Shown piece by piece: positions 1 to 10,907 of a stretch of DNA of 64,000 nt. Source of the stretch: an uncultured Chloroflexia bacterium (GTDB lineage: Bacteria > Chloroflexota > Limnocylindria > Limnocylindrales > CSP1-4); contig OY970218.1 of the NCBI GenBank assembly GCA_963713975.1, positions 960,001 through 1,024,000 of the forward strand, read 5' to 3'. The notes under the pieces were generated by a model. The model was not told the DNA's origin. It worked only from the letters and a program-made list of their open reading frames with translations, and did no database searches. Both the position numbers and the translations under genes were made by a program. Every line of letters starts with the position of its first letter. Position 1 is the stretch's first letter.

Positions 1-234
1 ACCCACTTCTCGCGGCTCGTGGATCGCGTGGAGAAGGGGGAGCGGATCACCATCGCGCGCGCCGGGCGGCCGGTTGCCATGCTGGTCGCCATTGAGCCCG
101 AGACACGTCCGAAGCGGCCGATCGGGATCGACAAGGGAAGGATCGTCATCCACGACGACTTCGACGATCCGCTGCCCGAGTTCGACTTCGAAGCTGATGA
201 CCCCGACGACCTCCACCGCCCGGGCAACCGGTGA
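1..234 (+). CDS. Phd/YefM-family antitoxin (5' truncated by window edge)
   Basis: Frame 1 reads THFSRLVDRVEKGERITIARAGRPVAML...DDFDDPLP, typical prevent-host-death pattern; 4-nt GTGA overlap with the PIN toxin. Confidence 0.9.
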   Translation, partial: THFSRLVDRVEKGERITIARAGRPVAMLVAIEPETRPKRPIGIDKGRIVIHDDFDDPLPEFDFEADDPDDLHRPGNR

Positions 235-617
235 GGATCCTGCTCGACACCCACGCCCTGCTGTGGGCGGCAGAAGGTGACCCTCGGCTTTCCGAAGCCG
301 CGGATGCCCTCATCTCGGACGCTGGCCAGGAGCTGCTCTTCAGCGCCGTCAGTGCGATGGAGATCTCCATGAAGCATGCAGCGCGACGGCTCGAGTTGCC
401 GGACGATGCCAAGGCCTGGATCAGGACGCGCATCGTCGCCTTCGGCCTCGTTGAGCTGCCCGTGACTACGGCGCACGCCATCGAGGCGGCCCAGCTTCCG
501 CAACACCACCGCGATCCTTGGGATCGGCTGCTCGTCGCCCAGGCCCGGATCGAGGGAGTGCCCATCCTCACGGCGAACGCGATGCTGCAGCGATATGAGG
601 TAGCGACGATTTGGTGA
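231..617 (+). CDS. vapC: VapC/PIN-domain toxin
   Basis: LLDTHALLW, S-x-x-EI, HRDPWDRLLVAQA motifs. Confidence 0.92.
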   Translation: MRILLDTHALLWAAEGDPRLSEAADALISDAGQELLFSAVSAMEISMKHAARRLELPDDAKAWIRTRIVAFGLVELPVTTAHAIEAAQLPQHHRDPWDRLLVAQARIEGVPILTANAMLQRYEVATIW

Positions 618-1465
618 CGCCTCGCGCGAAGAAGCCACCCACATCGGCCAAGCGCGCCGGAAAGCCAGTCAAGCGCGGCCGCAAGCCGGTCGACCCGGTC
701 AAGGCCTGGGTCTCGTACCTGCGCAGGTACCGGCCCGGCCTCCAGGGCTACGTGCTGGAGCAGCTAACGGCCACCTACGGGCCGCAGGTCTGGGAGTCCC
801 GCCTGGATCCGACCAGCGAGCTGGTCCTCACGATCCTCACCCAGAACACGGCGGACGTGAACGCCGAGAAGGCGTACGAGGCGCTCCGCCGCGCCTACCC
901 CAGCGACCACGAGCCGGAGGTGCACAAGCACGGCATCGGCTGGGGCGGCGAGGGCCTGTCGGTCGCGCCGCCGCCGGACTGGACAGCGGTCGAGAATGCA
1001 CCACTCCCCCAGCTCGTGGATGTCATCCGGCCCGGAGGCCTCGCTCCGCAGAAGGCGCCCCGGATCCAGGCGACGCTGCGCTACATCCGCGAGGAGCGCG
1101 GGGACTACTCCCTGGCGTTCCTGGGCGAGATGCCGGTCCTCGAGGCTCGTGACTGGCTGACTGCCATCGACGGCGTCGGCAGGAAGACGGCATCCATCGT
1201 GCTCGCGTTCTGCTTCGGCGCACCCGTCATGGCCGTAGACCGCCACGTGGAGCGGGTGTCGAAGCGCATCGGGCTCATCCCGGAGAAGGCATCGGCCGAC
1301 CAGGCCCACGACCTGTACCTGGGGATCCTCGAGCCCGACCAGATGTACGCCGCCCACGTGCTCCTGATCCACCACGGGCGGGCGATCTGCCACGCCCAGA
1401 ACCCGAAACACGACCTGTGCCCGGTGCGTGATCGCTGCCGGATGGTCGACCGGAGGGCGCCGTGA
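614..1465 (+). CDS. nth: Endonuclease III (HhH-GPD glycosylase/AP lyase)
   Basis: LVLTILTQNT, HhH GVGRKTA, AVDRHVERV, C-terminal FeS-type motif CHAQNPKHDLCPVRDRC. Confidence 0.88.
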   Translation: MTPRAKKPPTSAKRAGKPVKRGRKPVDPVKAWVSYLRRYRPGLQGYVLEQLTATYGPQVWESRLDPTSELVLTILTQNTADVNAEKAYEALRRAYPSDHEPEVHKHGIGWGGEGLSVAPPPDWTAVENAPLPQLVDVIRPGGLAPQKAPRIQATLRYIREERGDYSLAFLGEMPVLEARDWLTAIDGVGRKTASIVLAFCFGAPVMAVDRHVERVSKRIGLIPEKASADQAHDLYLGILEPDQMYAAHVLLIHHGRAICHAQNPKHDLCPVRDRCRMVDRRAP

Positions 1466-2484
1466 TACCGACCGCACCGGCCGAGCGGCGCGTCCCGCTG
1501 ATCCTCGACGTCGACACCGGCATCGACGATGCCCTCGCGCTCCTCTACACGGTGGCGAGCCCCGAGGCCGACCTCGTCGCCGTCACCTGCCTGTCGGGCA
1601 ACGCCGCCGTCGTGGACGTCGAGCGCAACACGCGCGCGATCCTGGAGCTGGCCGGGCGAGCGGACGTGGAGGTTTCGGTCGGGCGGCCCGTCCCGCTCCT
1701 GCGGGGACTGAAGATCACCCCGGAGACGCATGGACCGCAGGGAGTCGGGTACGCGATGCTGCCCGAGCCCCTGCGAGCAGCCTCGGATCGGTTCGCGCCA
1801 TCGCTGATCGTGGAGGAGGCGCGGCGGCGTCCAGGCGAGATCACCCTCGTCACGCTGGGGCCGTTGACGAACCTCGCGATCGCGGTGCTCCAGGAGCCCG
1901 CCCTTCCCCGACTGTTGAAGCGGTGGGTCATGATGGGCGGCGCGTTCCGGGTGCAGGGCAACACGACGCCCACGACCGAGTGGAACATCCACTGCGACCC
2001 GGACGCTGCGCGGATCAGCTTCGCCGCGTGGCAGGCGGCCGTCGATGCGGATCCCACGACGCCACGCGCGCTGGCCCTGGGTCTCGACGTCACCGAGCAG
2101 GCGCGGATCCTGCCCGCGGATCTCGAGGCGCTGGCCGCCCGGGCTGGGGGCGACGGAGGACCGATCCTGCGGCTCATCGCGGACGCCCTGCGCTGGTACT
2201 TCGAGTTCCACGCCCGATACGACGGTTTCTACGGGGCATTCATCCACGACCCGCTGGTCGCGGCGGCCGCGCTCGACCCGGGCCTGGCTCGCACGGTGCC
2301 GGCCGCGGTCGACGTGGACGGGGCGGGTGGCGCGGCGGACGGACAGACGATCGCGGACTGGCGGGGGCTCTGGAACCGCACGCCGAACGTGGACGTGGCC
2401 GTGGAAGTCGACGCGAACGAGTTCCTGCGGCGGCTCGTGGAGCGCGTCGGCGCCCTGGCCGCGGCGCGATCCGGCGGGGTCTGA
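1462..2484 (+). CDS. Inosine/uridine-preferring nucleoside hydrolase
   Basis: DVDTGIDDA, LGPLTNLA, MGGA, EWNIHCDPDAA, HDP motifs. Confidence 0.93.
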   Translation: MIPTAPAERRVPLILDVDTGIDDALALLYTVASPEADLVAVTCLSGNAAVVDVERNTRAILELAGRADVEVSVGRPVPLLRGLKITPETHGPQGVGYAMLPEPLRAASDRFAPSLIVEEARRRPGEITLVTLGPLTNLAIAVLQEPALPRLLKRWVMMGGAFRVQGNTTPTTEWNIHCDPDAARISFAAWQAAVDADPTTPRALALGLDVTEQARILPADLEALAARAGGDGGPILRLIADALRWYFEFHARYDGFYGAFIHDPLVAAAALDPGLARTVPAAVDVDGAGGAADGQTIADWRGLWNRTPNVDVAVEVDANEFLRRLVERVGALAAARSGGV

Positions 2485-2534
2485 GCAGGCCCTGAGCCGG
2501 TCCCGAGGCCGGGCCGGCCGCCACCTGACCGGGA

Positions 2535-3437
2535 CTACCTGCGATCCCGGACGACCAGGACCGAGCACGGGGCGTGTAGCAGCACGTTGCGAGCCACGCT
2601 CCCGAGGATCAGCCGCGCGAGCCCCGTGTGTCCACGCGAACCCATCACGATCGTCGCGATGTCGTTCTCCGCCACGAAGCGGAGGATCTCCCCCGCCGGG
2701 TCGCCTTCCAACGCATACGGCGTGGCATCATGGCCGGCGGCGGCCAGGCGGTGCGCCTCCGTCGAGGCCTCCTCGCGAACCTCCTCCCGAGCCGTGTCCA
2801 CGGACTTCGTGTAGGACTCGAGCACCTGGTCGTAGAGCCCCGGCGTGAAGCCGGCCGCAACCGGTACGGCCAAGTCGGCGACGGTCAGGACGGTGATCCT
2901 CTCGCCGCTGAAGATGCTCCAATCCGTGAACACGGACTCGGCGTTGCGCGCCGAGCTTGAACCATCGTCAGCGAATGCGATCGGGCCGAGCGTCGGGCGG
3001 CGGGCAACCAGCACCGGGCACGGGGCATGGTCCACCACCTCGGACGCCGTGCTGCCGAGGAGCATCGTTGCGATCGTCCCGTGGCCGCGGCTGCCGACCA
3101 CGACGAGGTCCACCTCGGCGGACTTGGCCTCATCGACGATCGCCGAGCCAGGACGGCCGTGGACCAGGAAGCCCTCGACCTTGATGCCCTCCCGCTGGAG
3201 GGCGAGCTCCGCCCCGGCGATCGCCTCGCGGAGCTTGCGGATGCTCGTCTCCTCCTCCGTCCCGCGGCCGACGCCGGCGTCACCGACGGCTGCCCACGAG
3301 TAGGCGAGGACATCGGCGTAGGGCTGATGGACTCCGATCACGCGGATGGTCGAGTCGGCCGGAAACGAGCAGCCGGCGACGAGTTCCACGGCACGGTGGC
3401 TGCAGTCCGAGCCATCGATGGCGAGCAGAATGCGCAT
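2535..3437 (-). CDS. Tandem universal stress protein
   Basis: ILLAIDGS and two GSRGH...LGS motifs; SD GGAGGT before ATG 3437. Confidence 0.92.
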   Translation of the reverse strand: MRILLAIDGSDCSHRAVELVAGCSFPADSTIRVIGVHQPYADVLAYSWAAVGDAGVGRGTEEETSIRKLREAIAGAELALQREGIKVEGFLVHGRPGSAIVDEAKSAEVDLVVVGSRGHGTIATMLLGSTASEVVDHAPCPVLVARRPTLGPIAFADDGSSSARNAESVFTDWSIFSGERITVLTVADLAVPVAAGFTPGLYDQVLESYTKSVDTAREEVREEASTEAHRLAAAGHDATPYALEGDPAGEILRFVAENDIATIVMGSRGHTGLARLILGSVARNVLLHAPCSVLVVRDRR

Positions 3438-3533
3438 CTGGCACCTCCGATCCTGCCCATCGTGGTCCATGCGGGCCGTCCAGAGGATCGGCCGAACGGC
3501 CCATTCCGCGATCCCTGCGGACGGTACCGGCCG

Positions 3534-4652
3534 CTATCGTGTCCCGAGCAGTCGCCGGACCTCGCGGGCGATCTCGAGGTCCTCACGGGCGGCGATCACC
3601 AGGGTCCGTGCCGCCGCCGTCGCGACACCGATCTCGCGGTCGTCCGGCCCATCGGCGGCATTCGCCTCGGGATCCAGGGCCACGCCGAGGAAGCCGAGAC
3701 CGTTCGTCGCCAGGGCCCGGACGGCCGGTGCCCGTTCCCCGACGCCGCCGGTGAACACCAGTAGGTCGAGACCACCCAGCGACGCGACCATGGCCGCGAT
3801 CGCGCCGCGGAGCCGGTGGATGTAGACCTCGAGCGCGAGCTTGACCTCGGGTCGGCCTGCAGCCGCCCCGGCGAGGATCTCGCGCATGTCCGAGGTCCCG
3901 GCCAGCCCAAGGAGCCCCGACCGCCGCTCAAGCGTCGCGGCCAGCTCCGCGGGCGGCATGCCCACGTGCTCCTCCAGCCAGAGCACGAGCCCTGGATCCA
4001 CGCTCCCGGAGCGAGTCGCCATGACCAGGCCCTCAAGAGGCGTGAACCCCATCGTCGTGTCGACCGAGCGCCCGCCGGCCACGGCGGCAAGCGACGCGCC
4101 CGCCCCCAGGTGGCAGGTGACGATCCGCAGCTCCTCCGCAGGCCCGCCGACGAACTCTGCGGCTCGCCTGGACGCGTACGCGTGGGACAGCCCGTGAAAT
4201 CCGTACCTGCGCAGGTTCCAGCGTTTCCGCCACTCGGGTGGGAGCGCGTACGTGTACGCGGCCGCGGGGAGCGTCGCGTGGAAGGCCGTGTCGAAGCAGG
4301 CGACCGACGGCACGTTGGGAAGGACGGCGGTCACGGCAGCAAGGGCAGCAAGCGACTTCGGCTGGTGCAGCGGGGCGAGGTCCGTGAGGGCCTCGAGGCG
4401 CCGAACGACCCCCGGATCGATCACCACGGGGCCCGTGAACACCGTCCCACCGTGGACGATCCGGTGCCCGACGGCATCCACGCGCCCGAGCCCGCGAATG
4501 GCGTCCTCGAGCTCACGGGCGTCCGTCACGCCCCGCGGTGCTGGGAGATCCGTACCGCCCTCGACCGTGTCGTCCGAGCCGAGCACCCGCAGCTTCAGGC
4601 TGGAGGAGCCGGCGTTGACGACGAGGAGCCGCGGCCCGGCCGATCTGTTCAC
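3534..4652 (-). CDS. ackA: Acetate/propionate kinase
   Basis: [40 protein letters not shown]; GTGA overlap with xfp stop. Confidence 0.95.
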   Translation of the reverse strand: MNRSAGPRLLVVNAGSSSLKLRVLGSDDTVEGGTDLPAPRGVTDARELEDAIRGLGRVDAVGHRIVHGGTVFTGPVVIDPGVVRRLEALTDLAPLHQPKSLAALAAVTAVLPNVPSVACFDTAFHATLPAAAYTYALPPEWRKRWNLRRYGFHGLSHAYASRRAAEFVGGPAEELRIVTCHLGAGASLAAVAGGRSVDTTMGFTPLEGLVMATRSGSVDPGLVLWLEEHVGMPPAELAATLERRSGLLGLAGTSDMREILAGAAAGRPEVKLALEVYIHRLRGAIAAMVASLGGLDLLVFTGGVGERAPAVRALATNGLGFLGVALDPEANAADGPDDREIGVATAAARTLVIAAREDLEIAREVRRLLGTR

Positions 4653-7039
4653 GCGGACCCGTACGGCCACGTCCAGCCCGCAATCTCGGCGGCGTCCTCG
4701 CCCTCGAGCCGCGTGTAGGCCCGGGCCTCGATCCGCTTGTCGACCATGAGCTGGCGGACGTGGCCCGCACGCGGGCCCAGGCCGGGCACGCGGTCGATCA
4801 CGTCGATCACGAGGTGGAACCGGTCCAGGTTGTTGAGCATGACCATGTCGAACGGCGTGGTCGTGGTCCCCTCCTCCTTGTAGCCGCGGACGTGCAGGTT
4901 CGCGTGGTTCGTCCGGCGGTAGGTGAGGCGGTGGATCAGCCACGGATAGCCGTGATAGGCGAACACGACCGGCTTGTCCGTCGTGAACAGGGCGTCGAAC
5001 TCGGCGCTCGAGAGCCCGTGCGGGTGCTCCTTCTCGTCCTGCAGGCGCATCAGGTCCACGACGTTGAGGAACCGGACCTTGAGCTCCGGCAGGTGCTGCC
5101 TGAGCAGGTCCACGGCCGCCAGTGCCTCGAGCGTCGGGATGTCCCCGGAGCAGCCGATCACGACGTCCGGCTCACCGCCCTGGTCGTTGCTGGCCCAGTC
5201 CCAGATCCCGATGCCGCGGGTGCAGTGGAGGATGGCCTGGTCCATCGAGAGCCAGTTGGGGCTGGGCTGCTTGCCGGCCACGATCACGTTGACGTAGTGG
5301 CGGCTGCGCAGGCAGTGGTCACCCACGGAGAGCAGCGTGTTGGCATCGGGCGGCAGGTAGACCCGGATCACGTCCGACTTCTTGTTCACGACATGGTCGA
5401 TGAAGCCCGGGTCCTGGTGGCTGAAGCCGTTGTGGTCCTGGCGCCAGACGAGCGAGGACAGGACGTAATTGAGCGACGCGATCGGCCGGCGCCACGGAAG
5501 ACCGCGAGTCACCTTCAGCCACTTCGCGTGCTGGTTGAACATCGAGTCGACGATGTGGATGAACGCCTCGTAGCAGTTGAACAGGCCGTGCCGGCCCGTG
5601 AGGAGGTAGCCCTCCAGCCAGCCCTGGCACTGGTGCTCGGAGAGAACCTCCATGACACGCCCGTCCCTGGCGAGATGGTCGTCCCCCTCGATGATCTCGG
5701 CCATCCAGGCGCGATCGGTCACGTCCAGCACGGCCCCCAGGCGGTTCGAGGCCGTCTCGTCCGGACCGAACATCCTGAAGTTCCGGTCGTTGCGGTCCAT
5801 CACGTCGCGCAGGTACGTCCCCAGGACGCGAGCCGCCTCCGACGTGGTCGCGCCCGGGCTCGGCACATCGACGGCGTAGTCGCGGAAGTCCGGGAGGACG
5901 AGGTCGCGGAGCAGCTCGCCGCCGTTGGCGATCGGGTTCGCGCTCATGCGCCGGTAGGCCTTCGGCGGCAGCGAGGCCAGCTCCGGGACCAGGGCGCCGC
6001 TCTCGTCGAACAGCTCCTCGGGGCGGTAGCTGCGCATCCACGCCTCGAGGATGGCGCGGTTGTCCGCGTTCTTGCGAACCTCACTGAACGGGACCTGGTG
6101 GGAGCGCCAGGTGCCCTCGACCTGCTTGCCGTCGATCGTCTTCGGCCCGGTCCAGCCCTTTGGCGTCCGGAGCACGATCATCGGCCACATGGGCCGCCCG
6201 GTGATGCCGCCCTCGCGGGCCGCCTTCTGGATCTTGCCGATCTCCTCGATCACGGCGTCCATCGTCGCCGCCATCTGCTGATGGACGTCGGCCGGATCGT
6301 CTCCCTCCACGAAGTAGGGCTTGTGGCCGTACCCTTCCATCAGGGCCGCCAGCTCGGCCTTGGGAATGCGGGCAAGGATCGTCGGGTTCGCGATCTTGTA
6401 GCCGTTCAAGTGCAGGATCGGCAGGACCGCACCATCCGTCACCGGGTTCAGGAACTTGTTGGAGTGCCAGCTGGTCGCGAGCGGGCCGGTCTCGGCCTCG
6501 CCGTCACCGACCACGGCACACACCAGCAGGTCAGGGTTGTCGAACGCCGCGCCGTAGGCATGGGAGAGCGCGTAGCCCAGCTCGCCGCCCTCGTGGATGG
6601 AGCCCGGCGTTTCCGGTGCGACGTGGCTTGGGATCCCGCCGGGAAACGAGAACTGGCGGAACAGCTTCCGGATGCCCTCCTCGTCGCGCGTGATGCTGGG
6701 GTAGACCTCGCTGTAGGTCCCCTCCAGGTAGGCATTCGCGACGATCGCCGGGCCGCCGTGTCCCGGGCCGATCACGTAGATCGCATCCAGGTCCCAATTC
6801 CGGATCACGCGGTTCATGTGCGCGTAGATCAGGTTCAGGCCGGGCGTGGTGCCCCAGTGGCCAAGGAGCCGGGGCTTGACGTGCTCAGGTGCCAGCGGCT
6901 CCCTGAGCAGCGGGTTGTCCAGGAGGTAGATCTGCCCGACGGACAGGTAGTTCGCGGCCCGCCAGTAGGCGTCGATCCCATCGAGCTCCTCGGGTGAGAG
7001 AGGGGTTCTGTTGCTTGAGGAGGAGGCGGGTGCGGTCAT
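4649..7039 (-). CDS. xfp: Xylulose-5-P/fructose-6-P phosphoketolase
   Basis: [52 protein letters not shown]. Confidence 0.97.
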   Translation of the reverse strand: MTAPASSSSNRTPLSPEELDGIDAYWRAANYLSVGQIYLLDNPLLREPLAPEHVKPRLLGHWGTTPGLNLIYAHMNRVIRNWDLDAIYVIGPGHGGPAIVANAYLEGTYSEVYPSITRDEEGIRKLFRQFSFPGGIPSHVAPETPGSIHEGGELGYALSHAYGAAFDNPDLLVCAVVGDGEAETGPLATSWHSNKFLNPVTDGAVLPILHLNGYKIANPTILARIPKAELAALMEGYGHKPYFVEGDDPADVHQQMAATMDAVIEEIGKIQKAAREGGITGRPMWPMIVLRTPKGWTGPKTIDGKQVEGTWRSHQVPFSEVRKNADNRAILEAWMRSYRPEELFDESGALVPELASLPPKAYRRMSANPIANGGELLRDLVLPDFRDYAVDVPSPGATTSEAARVLGTYLRDVMDRNDRNFRMFGPDETASNRLGAVLDVTDRAWMAEIIEGDDHLARDGRVMEVLSEHQCQGWLEGYLLTGRHGLFNCYEAFIHIVDSMFNQHAKWLKVTRGLPWRRPIASLNYVLSSLVWRQDHNGFSHQDPGFIDHVVNKKSDVIRVYLPPDANTLLSVGDHCLRSRHYVNVIVAGKQPSPNWLSMDQAILHCTRGIGIWDWASNDQGGEPDVVIGCSGDIPTLEALAAVDLLRQHLPELKVRFLNVVDLMRLQDEKEHPHGLSSAEFDALFTTDKPVVFAYHGYPWLIHRLTYRRTNHANLHVRGYKEEGTTTTPFDMVMLNNLDRFHLVIDVIDRVPGLGPRAGHVRQLMVDKRIEARAYTRLEGEDAAEIAGWTWPYGSA

Positions 7040-7142
7040 GGCGGGCTCCAGTTCTGGGGAGGTCCAGCCTAACTCGTACACGTTCGCGGACGATCTTAAT
7101 CAGGTTTCCGGGGCGTTACTCCGGTGCGGGCCGCACGCACGC

Positions 7143-7559
7143 TCAGCCCTCGCCGCGGATCGACACGACGAACAGCAGGAACGTGGTCTCGAGGATGTCC
7201 ACGCCCGCAATGACGAGCGCCACCACGAGCGGCAGCGGGTGGCCAAGCAGCCAGCCGGCGGCGGCGCACAGTGCAGCGACGGCAAGGAACACGTAGCGGA
7301 CGCCCCTGACCAGGCCCGTGAGGTCGTGACCGGTCATCTCCGCCGAGGGGACCTGGCGACCCGCCTCGAGCCGGCGCGCGGCCTGCACCATGCACCACAG
7401 GGCCGTGACAACGCCGATCCCGACCAGGGCCGCCCGCACCAGGACGGGCGGGTTCGCGATGGCGTCGAGGAGCTCGTTGCTCCAGCCGAGCAGCGTGCCA
7501 CCCACGAGCGCCAGCGCCCCGGCGGCCATCCAGGCGACACGTCCCCGGCCACCATCCAT
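7143..7559 (-). CDS. Hypothetical membrane protein (about 4 TM)
   Basis: Hydrophobic segments; start overlaps the JAB gene stop, last gene of the suf operon. Confidence 0.7.
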   Translation of the reverse strand: MDGGRGRVAWMAAGALALVGGTLLGWSNELLDAIANPPVLVRAALVGIGVVTALWCMVQAARRLEAGRQVPSAEMTGHDLTGLVRGVRYVFLAVAALCAAAGWLLGHPLPLVVALVIAGVDILETTFLLFVVSIRGEG

Positions 7560-8023
7560 CACGCCACCTCCAGGGCGACCTCGCGGACGGCGCCACCGAC
7601 GATCCGCCACGCACGAAGCAGCGGTGCGCCGGTGACGGGATCTGCCTGTCCGGCTGCGAGCGAGACGAGCAGGTACAGGGCATCCGGGTACAGGGCCATC
7701 CCCACGTCCGTGGCGGACGGGACCGCGGGCGACCGGGGGTGCGAATGGACGATGCCCCAGATCACGTGACCCGCCTCGTCCGCCTCGATCGTCACCTGGT
7801 ACAGGTCGTCCGGGTGGACCGCATAGCGAACCGGCGAGGCGGCGGCGTTCCGGCACGCCTCATAGCGCAACGCAACGCCACCGTCGGCCGCGGGCGCCGT
7901 GCCCACGATCAGCCCGCACGCCTCGTTGGGCGACTCGGCCCGAGCCTGCGCCACGATGGCCCGCTCGAGCTCCGATGGGAGGGTTACGGGCCCCATGACC
8001 GGGATGACCGCGGCCCCGGTCAC
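7559..8023 (-). CDS. JAB/Mov34 (M67) metallopeptidase, Mec-like
   Basis: PNEACGLI...HSHPRSPAVPSATD JAMM motif. Confidence 0.92.
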   Translation of the reverse strand: MTGAAVIPVMGPVTLPSELERAIVAQARAESPNEACGLIVGTAPAADGGVALRYEACRNAAASPVRYAVHPDDLYQVTIEADEAGHVIWGIVHSHPRSPAVPSATDVGMALYPDALYLLVSLAAGQADPVTGAPLLRAWRIVGGAVREVALEVA

Positions 8024-9222
8024 CCGCGATGGCCGGGATCGGCTCCCAGCTTGAACACGCCATTGGGCATGGCCGGGATTGGAAGCGGATCGCCGACCTC
8101 GCGCGCGGCGCGTGCTTCGTCAGAGCAGACCGGACAGGCCGGGTCACGGCGCAGGCGCAGCTCGGTGAACTCGGTCTCGAGAGCGTCGAACAGCAGGAGC
8201 CGGCCGGCCAGCGTCTCGCCGATCCCGAGGAGGAGCTTGAGCACCTCGTTCGCCTGGAGCAGCCCCATGATCCCGGGTACGACGCCCAGGACGCCAGCCA
8301 CGGAGCAGCCGGGTGCCAGCTCGGGCGGCGGCGGCGTCGGGTACAGGCAGCGGTAGCAGGGCCCCTCGTACGGGATGAAGGTCGTGAGCTGGCCCTCGAA
8401 CCGGAAGACGGACGCGTGCACGACGGGGATGCCAGAGGCGACCGCCGCATCGTTGAGGAGGTACCTGGTCTCGAACGTGTCCGTCCCGTCCACGATCGCG
8501 TCGTAGCCCTCGACCAGTTGCGCAACGTTCGCCGCGACCAGCATCTCGTCATGCGGCACCACGGTCACGTCCGGGTTGAGCGCGGTGATGGTCCGGCGAG
8601 CCGACTCGACCTTCTTCTGGCCGACGCGGTCGCTGGCGTGGAGGACCTGGCGCTGGAGGTTCGAGAGGTCGACGACATCGAAGTCGACGATCCCGATGGT
8701 GCCGACGCCCGCCGCCGCCAGGTACAGCGCCGCCGGCGAGCCCAGCCCCCCCGCACCGACGATCAGGACCCGAGACTCGAGCAGCCGGGACTGGCCGGCC
8801 GAGCCCACCTCGGGGATCAGGAGATGGCGGCTGTAGCGCTGGCGCTGCGACTCGGTGAGACCGGGCGGCTGGATCCAGTCGAGGCCCTGGCCCCTCCAGG
8901 CATCGAAGCCCCCGTTCATCGACACCACGTCCGTGTACCCGAACCGCGCCAGGTCCTGGCCGGCGAACAGCGATCGGAAGCCCCCCGCGCAGTACAGGAT
9001 CACCGGGGTCGATCGGTCAGGGAGCAGCGTCTCGAGGTCCCGTTCGAGGTGGCTCCGGGGCACGTGCACGGCTCCGGGGATGTGCCCCAGGCTCCACTCT
9101 GCCGGTTCGCGGACGTCGACGATGGCGACCCCGCCACGCCGCCGGAGCGCGTCCACCTCGGCCGGTCCGACCTCGCGGATCTCGGCTCTCGCCCGGCGCA
9201 GGAGCTCCTCGTACGACGTCAG
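8020..9222 (-). CDS. moeB: Rhodanese-ThiF/MoeB (MoeZ-like) sulfur-carrier adenylyltransferase; probable CTG start
   Basis: N-terminal rhodanese YCAGGFRS; RYSRHL, GAGGLGS, SNLQRQ, CYRC, CPVC; CTGA overlap with sufU stop. Confidence 0.9.
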   Translation of the reverse strand: MTSYEELLRRARAEIREVGPAEVDALRRRGGVAIVDVREPAEWSLGHIPGAVHVPRSHLERDLETLLPDRSTPVILYCAGGFRSLFAGQDLARFGYTDVVSMNGGFDAWRGQGLDWIQPPGLTESQRQRYSRHLLIPEVGSAGQSRLLESRVLIVGAGGLGSPAALYLAAAGVGTIGIVDFDVVDLSNLQRQVLHASDRVGQKKVESARRTITALNPDVTVVPHDEMLVAANVAQLVEGYDAIVDGTDTFETRYLLNDAAVASGIPVVHASVFRFEGQLTTFIPYEGPCYRCLYPTPPPPELAPGCSVAGVLGVVPGIMGLLQANEVLKLLLGIGETLAGRLLLFDALETEFTELRLRRDPACPVCSDEARAAREVGDPLPIPAMPNGVFKLGADPGHRG

Positions 9223-9614
9223 CCGACGTCCTTCTCGAGCGGCTTCACCCCCACCTCGTCGAGCAGGTGCTGGAGGGATTCGAAGGAGAGCATGGCGCAC
9301 TTGAGGCGGGCCGGGCTGATCTCGATCCCGAGCAGGTCGAGCTGGTCGGTCGCGGTATAGGCCGCGGCGTCCGCGACGACCTTGCCCTTGATCTCGTCGG
9401 TGAGCAGCGAGGCCGCCGCCTGGCTGATCGCGCAGCCGCGACCCGTGAAGCCGATCTCGGTCACGACCCCGTCCTTCACGGTCAGCTGCATCGTGATCCG
9501 GTCGCCGCACAGCGGGTTGGCACCCTCGAAGCTGGCGCTCGGCTCCTCCAGGACCCCAAAGTTGTGGGGGCGCCGGTAGTGCTCGAGGATGTAGTCGCGG
9601 TAGAGGTCGTCCAT
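9219..9614 (-). CDS. sufU: SufU/IscU-like Fe-S assembly protein
   Basis: LYRDYILEHY, NPLCGD, GCAISQA, RLKCA. Confidence 0.93.
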   Translation of the reverse strand: MDDLYRDYILEHYRRPHNFGVLEEPSASFEGANPLCGDRITMQLTVKDGVVTEIGFTGRGCAISQAAASLLTDEIKGKVVADAAAYTATDQLDLLGIEISPARLKCAMLSFESLQHLLDEVGVKPLEKDVG

Positions 9615-9642
9615 GGCGGTTCCGAGTGTAGCGCTCGGGCCG

Positions 9643-10899
9643 TCAGGCGCCGAACAGGCGCTGGACCTCGCGCAGCCCGGCGGCGAGTGCGTCGACGTCC
9701 GCCCTGCTGGTGTAGACCTGGAACGAGGCCCGGGCCGTCGCCGCCAGGTCGAGGCGCTCGTGGAGCGGCATCGTGCAGTGGTGACCGGCGCGGACGGCGA
9801 CCCCGAAGCTGTCCAGGACCTGGGCCACGTCGTGCGGATGGATGCCCGGCAGGTTGAACGAGACGACGCCGCCTCGCAGCTCCGCGGCCGGTCCGTACAG
9901 CTCGATCCCGGGCACCTCGCGCGGGAGCAGGTCCAGCGCATAGGCCGCGAGGTCCTGCTCGTGGGCCTGAACGCGGTCCATGCCCAGCCCCAGCAGGTAG
10001 TCCGCCGCCGCGCCCAGCCCGATCTGCGCAGAGATGTCCGGGGTGCCCGCCTCGAACTTCCAGGGGATCTCGTTCCACTCCGACCGGCGGAGATGAACCT
10101 CGCGGATCATGTCGCCGCCACCCATGAACGGGGGCATGGCCTCGAGCAGTTCGCGCCGGCCCCACAGCACGCCGGACCCGGTCGGGCCGAGCGCCTTGTG
10201 GCCACTGAAAGCGTAGAAGTCGCAGCCGATCGCCGACACGTCAACGGGCATGTGCGGCACGGCCTGGGCACCATCGACCAGCACCAGCGCACCGGCCTCG
10301 TGGGCCTGGCGGGTCATCTCCTCGACCGGGTTGACGGTGCCCAGGGTGTTGGACACGTGGGTGAACGCGACGAGCTTCGGCTTGAGCCGCAGCAGCACCT
10401 CGAACACGTCCTGACGCAGTCGGCCGTCATCGGTGATCGGGATGAACTCCAGGTCCGCGTCCTTCTCCTGGGCCAGGATCTGCCACGGGACGAGGTTCGC
10501 GTGGTGCTCCATCTCCGTCAGGACGATCACGTCGCCACGCTCGATATGGCGCCGGCCCCACGAGTACGCGACGAGGTTGATGGCCTCGGTGGCGTTGCGG
10601 GTCCACACGATGGTCCGCGGATCCGGCGCACCGATCAGCCGGGCGACCTTGTCGCGGGCGCCCTCGTAGGCGGCCGTCGCACGTTCGGAGAGCTGGTAGA
10701 TCCCGCGGTGGACGTTGGCGTTGTCCTCGCGGTAGTAGGCGTCCATCGCCTCGATCACCGCCAGCGGCTTCTGGGAGGTCGCGGCGGAGTCCAGGTAGAC
10801 CAGCGGGTGCCCGTTGGCCGACTGGTCGAGAATTGGGAAATCGGCGCGCAGCACGGCCGGGTCGAGCGACGTTCGGGCCGGTGAGAGCTGCGTGGTCAT
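9643..10899 (-). CDS. sufS: Cysteine desulfurase SufS
   Basis: YLDSAATSQKP, MEHHAN, FSGHK (PLP Lys), RAGHHC. Confidence 0.96.
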   Translation of the reverse strand: MTTQLSPARTSLDPAVLRADFPILDQSANGHPLVYLDSAATSQKPLAVIEAMDAYYREDNANVHRGIYQLSERATAAYEGARDKVARLIGAPDPRTIVWTRNATEAINLVAYSWGRRHIERGDVIVLTEMEHHANLVPWQILAQEKDADLEFIPITDDGRLRQDVFEVLLRLKPKLVAFTHVSNTLGTVNPVEEMTRQAHEAGALVLVDGAQAVPHMPVDVSAIGCDFYAFSGHKALGPTGSGVLWGRRELLEAMPPFMGGGDMIREVHLRRSEWNEIPWKFEAGTPDISAQIGLGAAADYLLGLGMDRVQAHEQDLAAYALDLLPREVPGIELYGPAAELRGGVVSFNLPGIHPHDVAQVLDSFGVAVRAGHHCTMPLHERLDLAATARASFQVYTSRADVDALAAGLREVQRLFGA

Positions 10900-10907
10900 G
10901 GCTGCTC

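Noticed and set aside
1-617. TA pair as the edge of a mobile element
   Set aside because: It is translationally coupled to nth, and no integrase or transposase is visible in the window.
4760-6997. Long antisense ORFs (745 aa here; also 27372-28814, 30898-32694, 52489-54930)
   Set aside because: Shadow frames opposite well-supported genes, expected from high-GC codon bias; no motifs.
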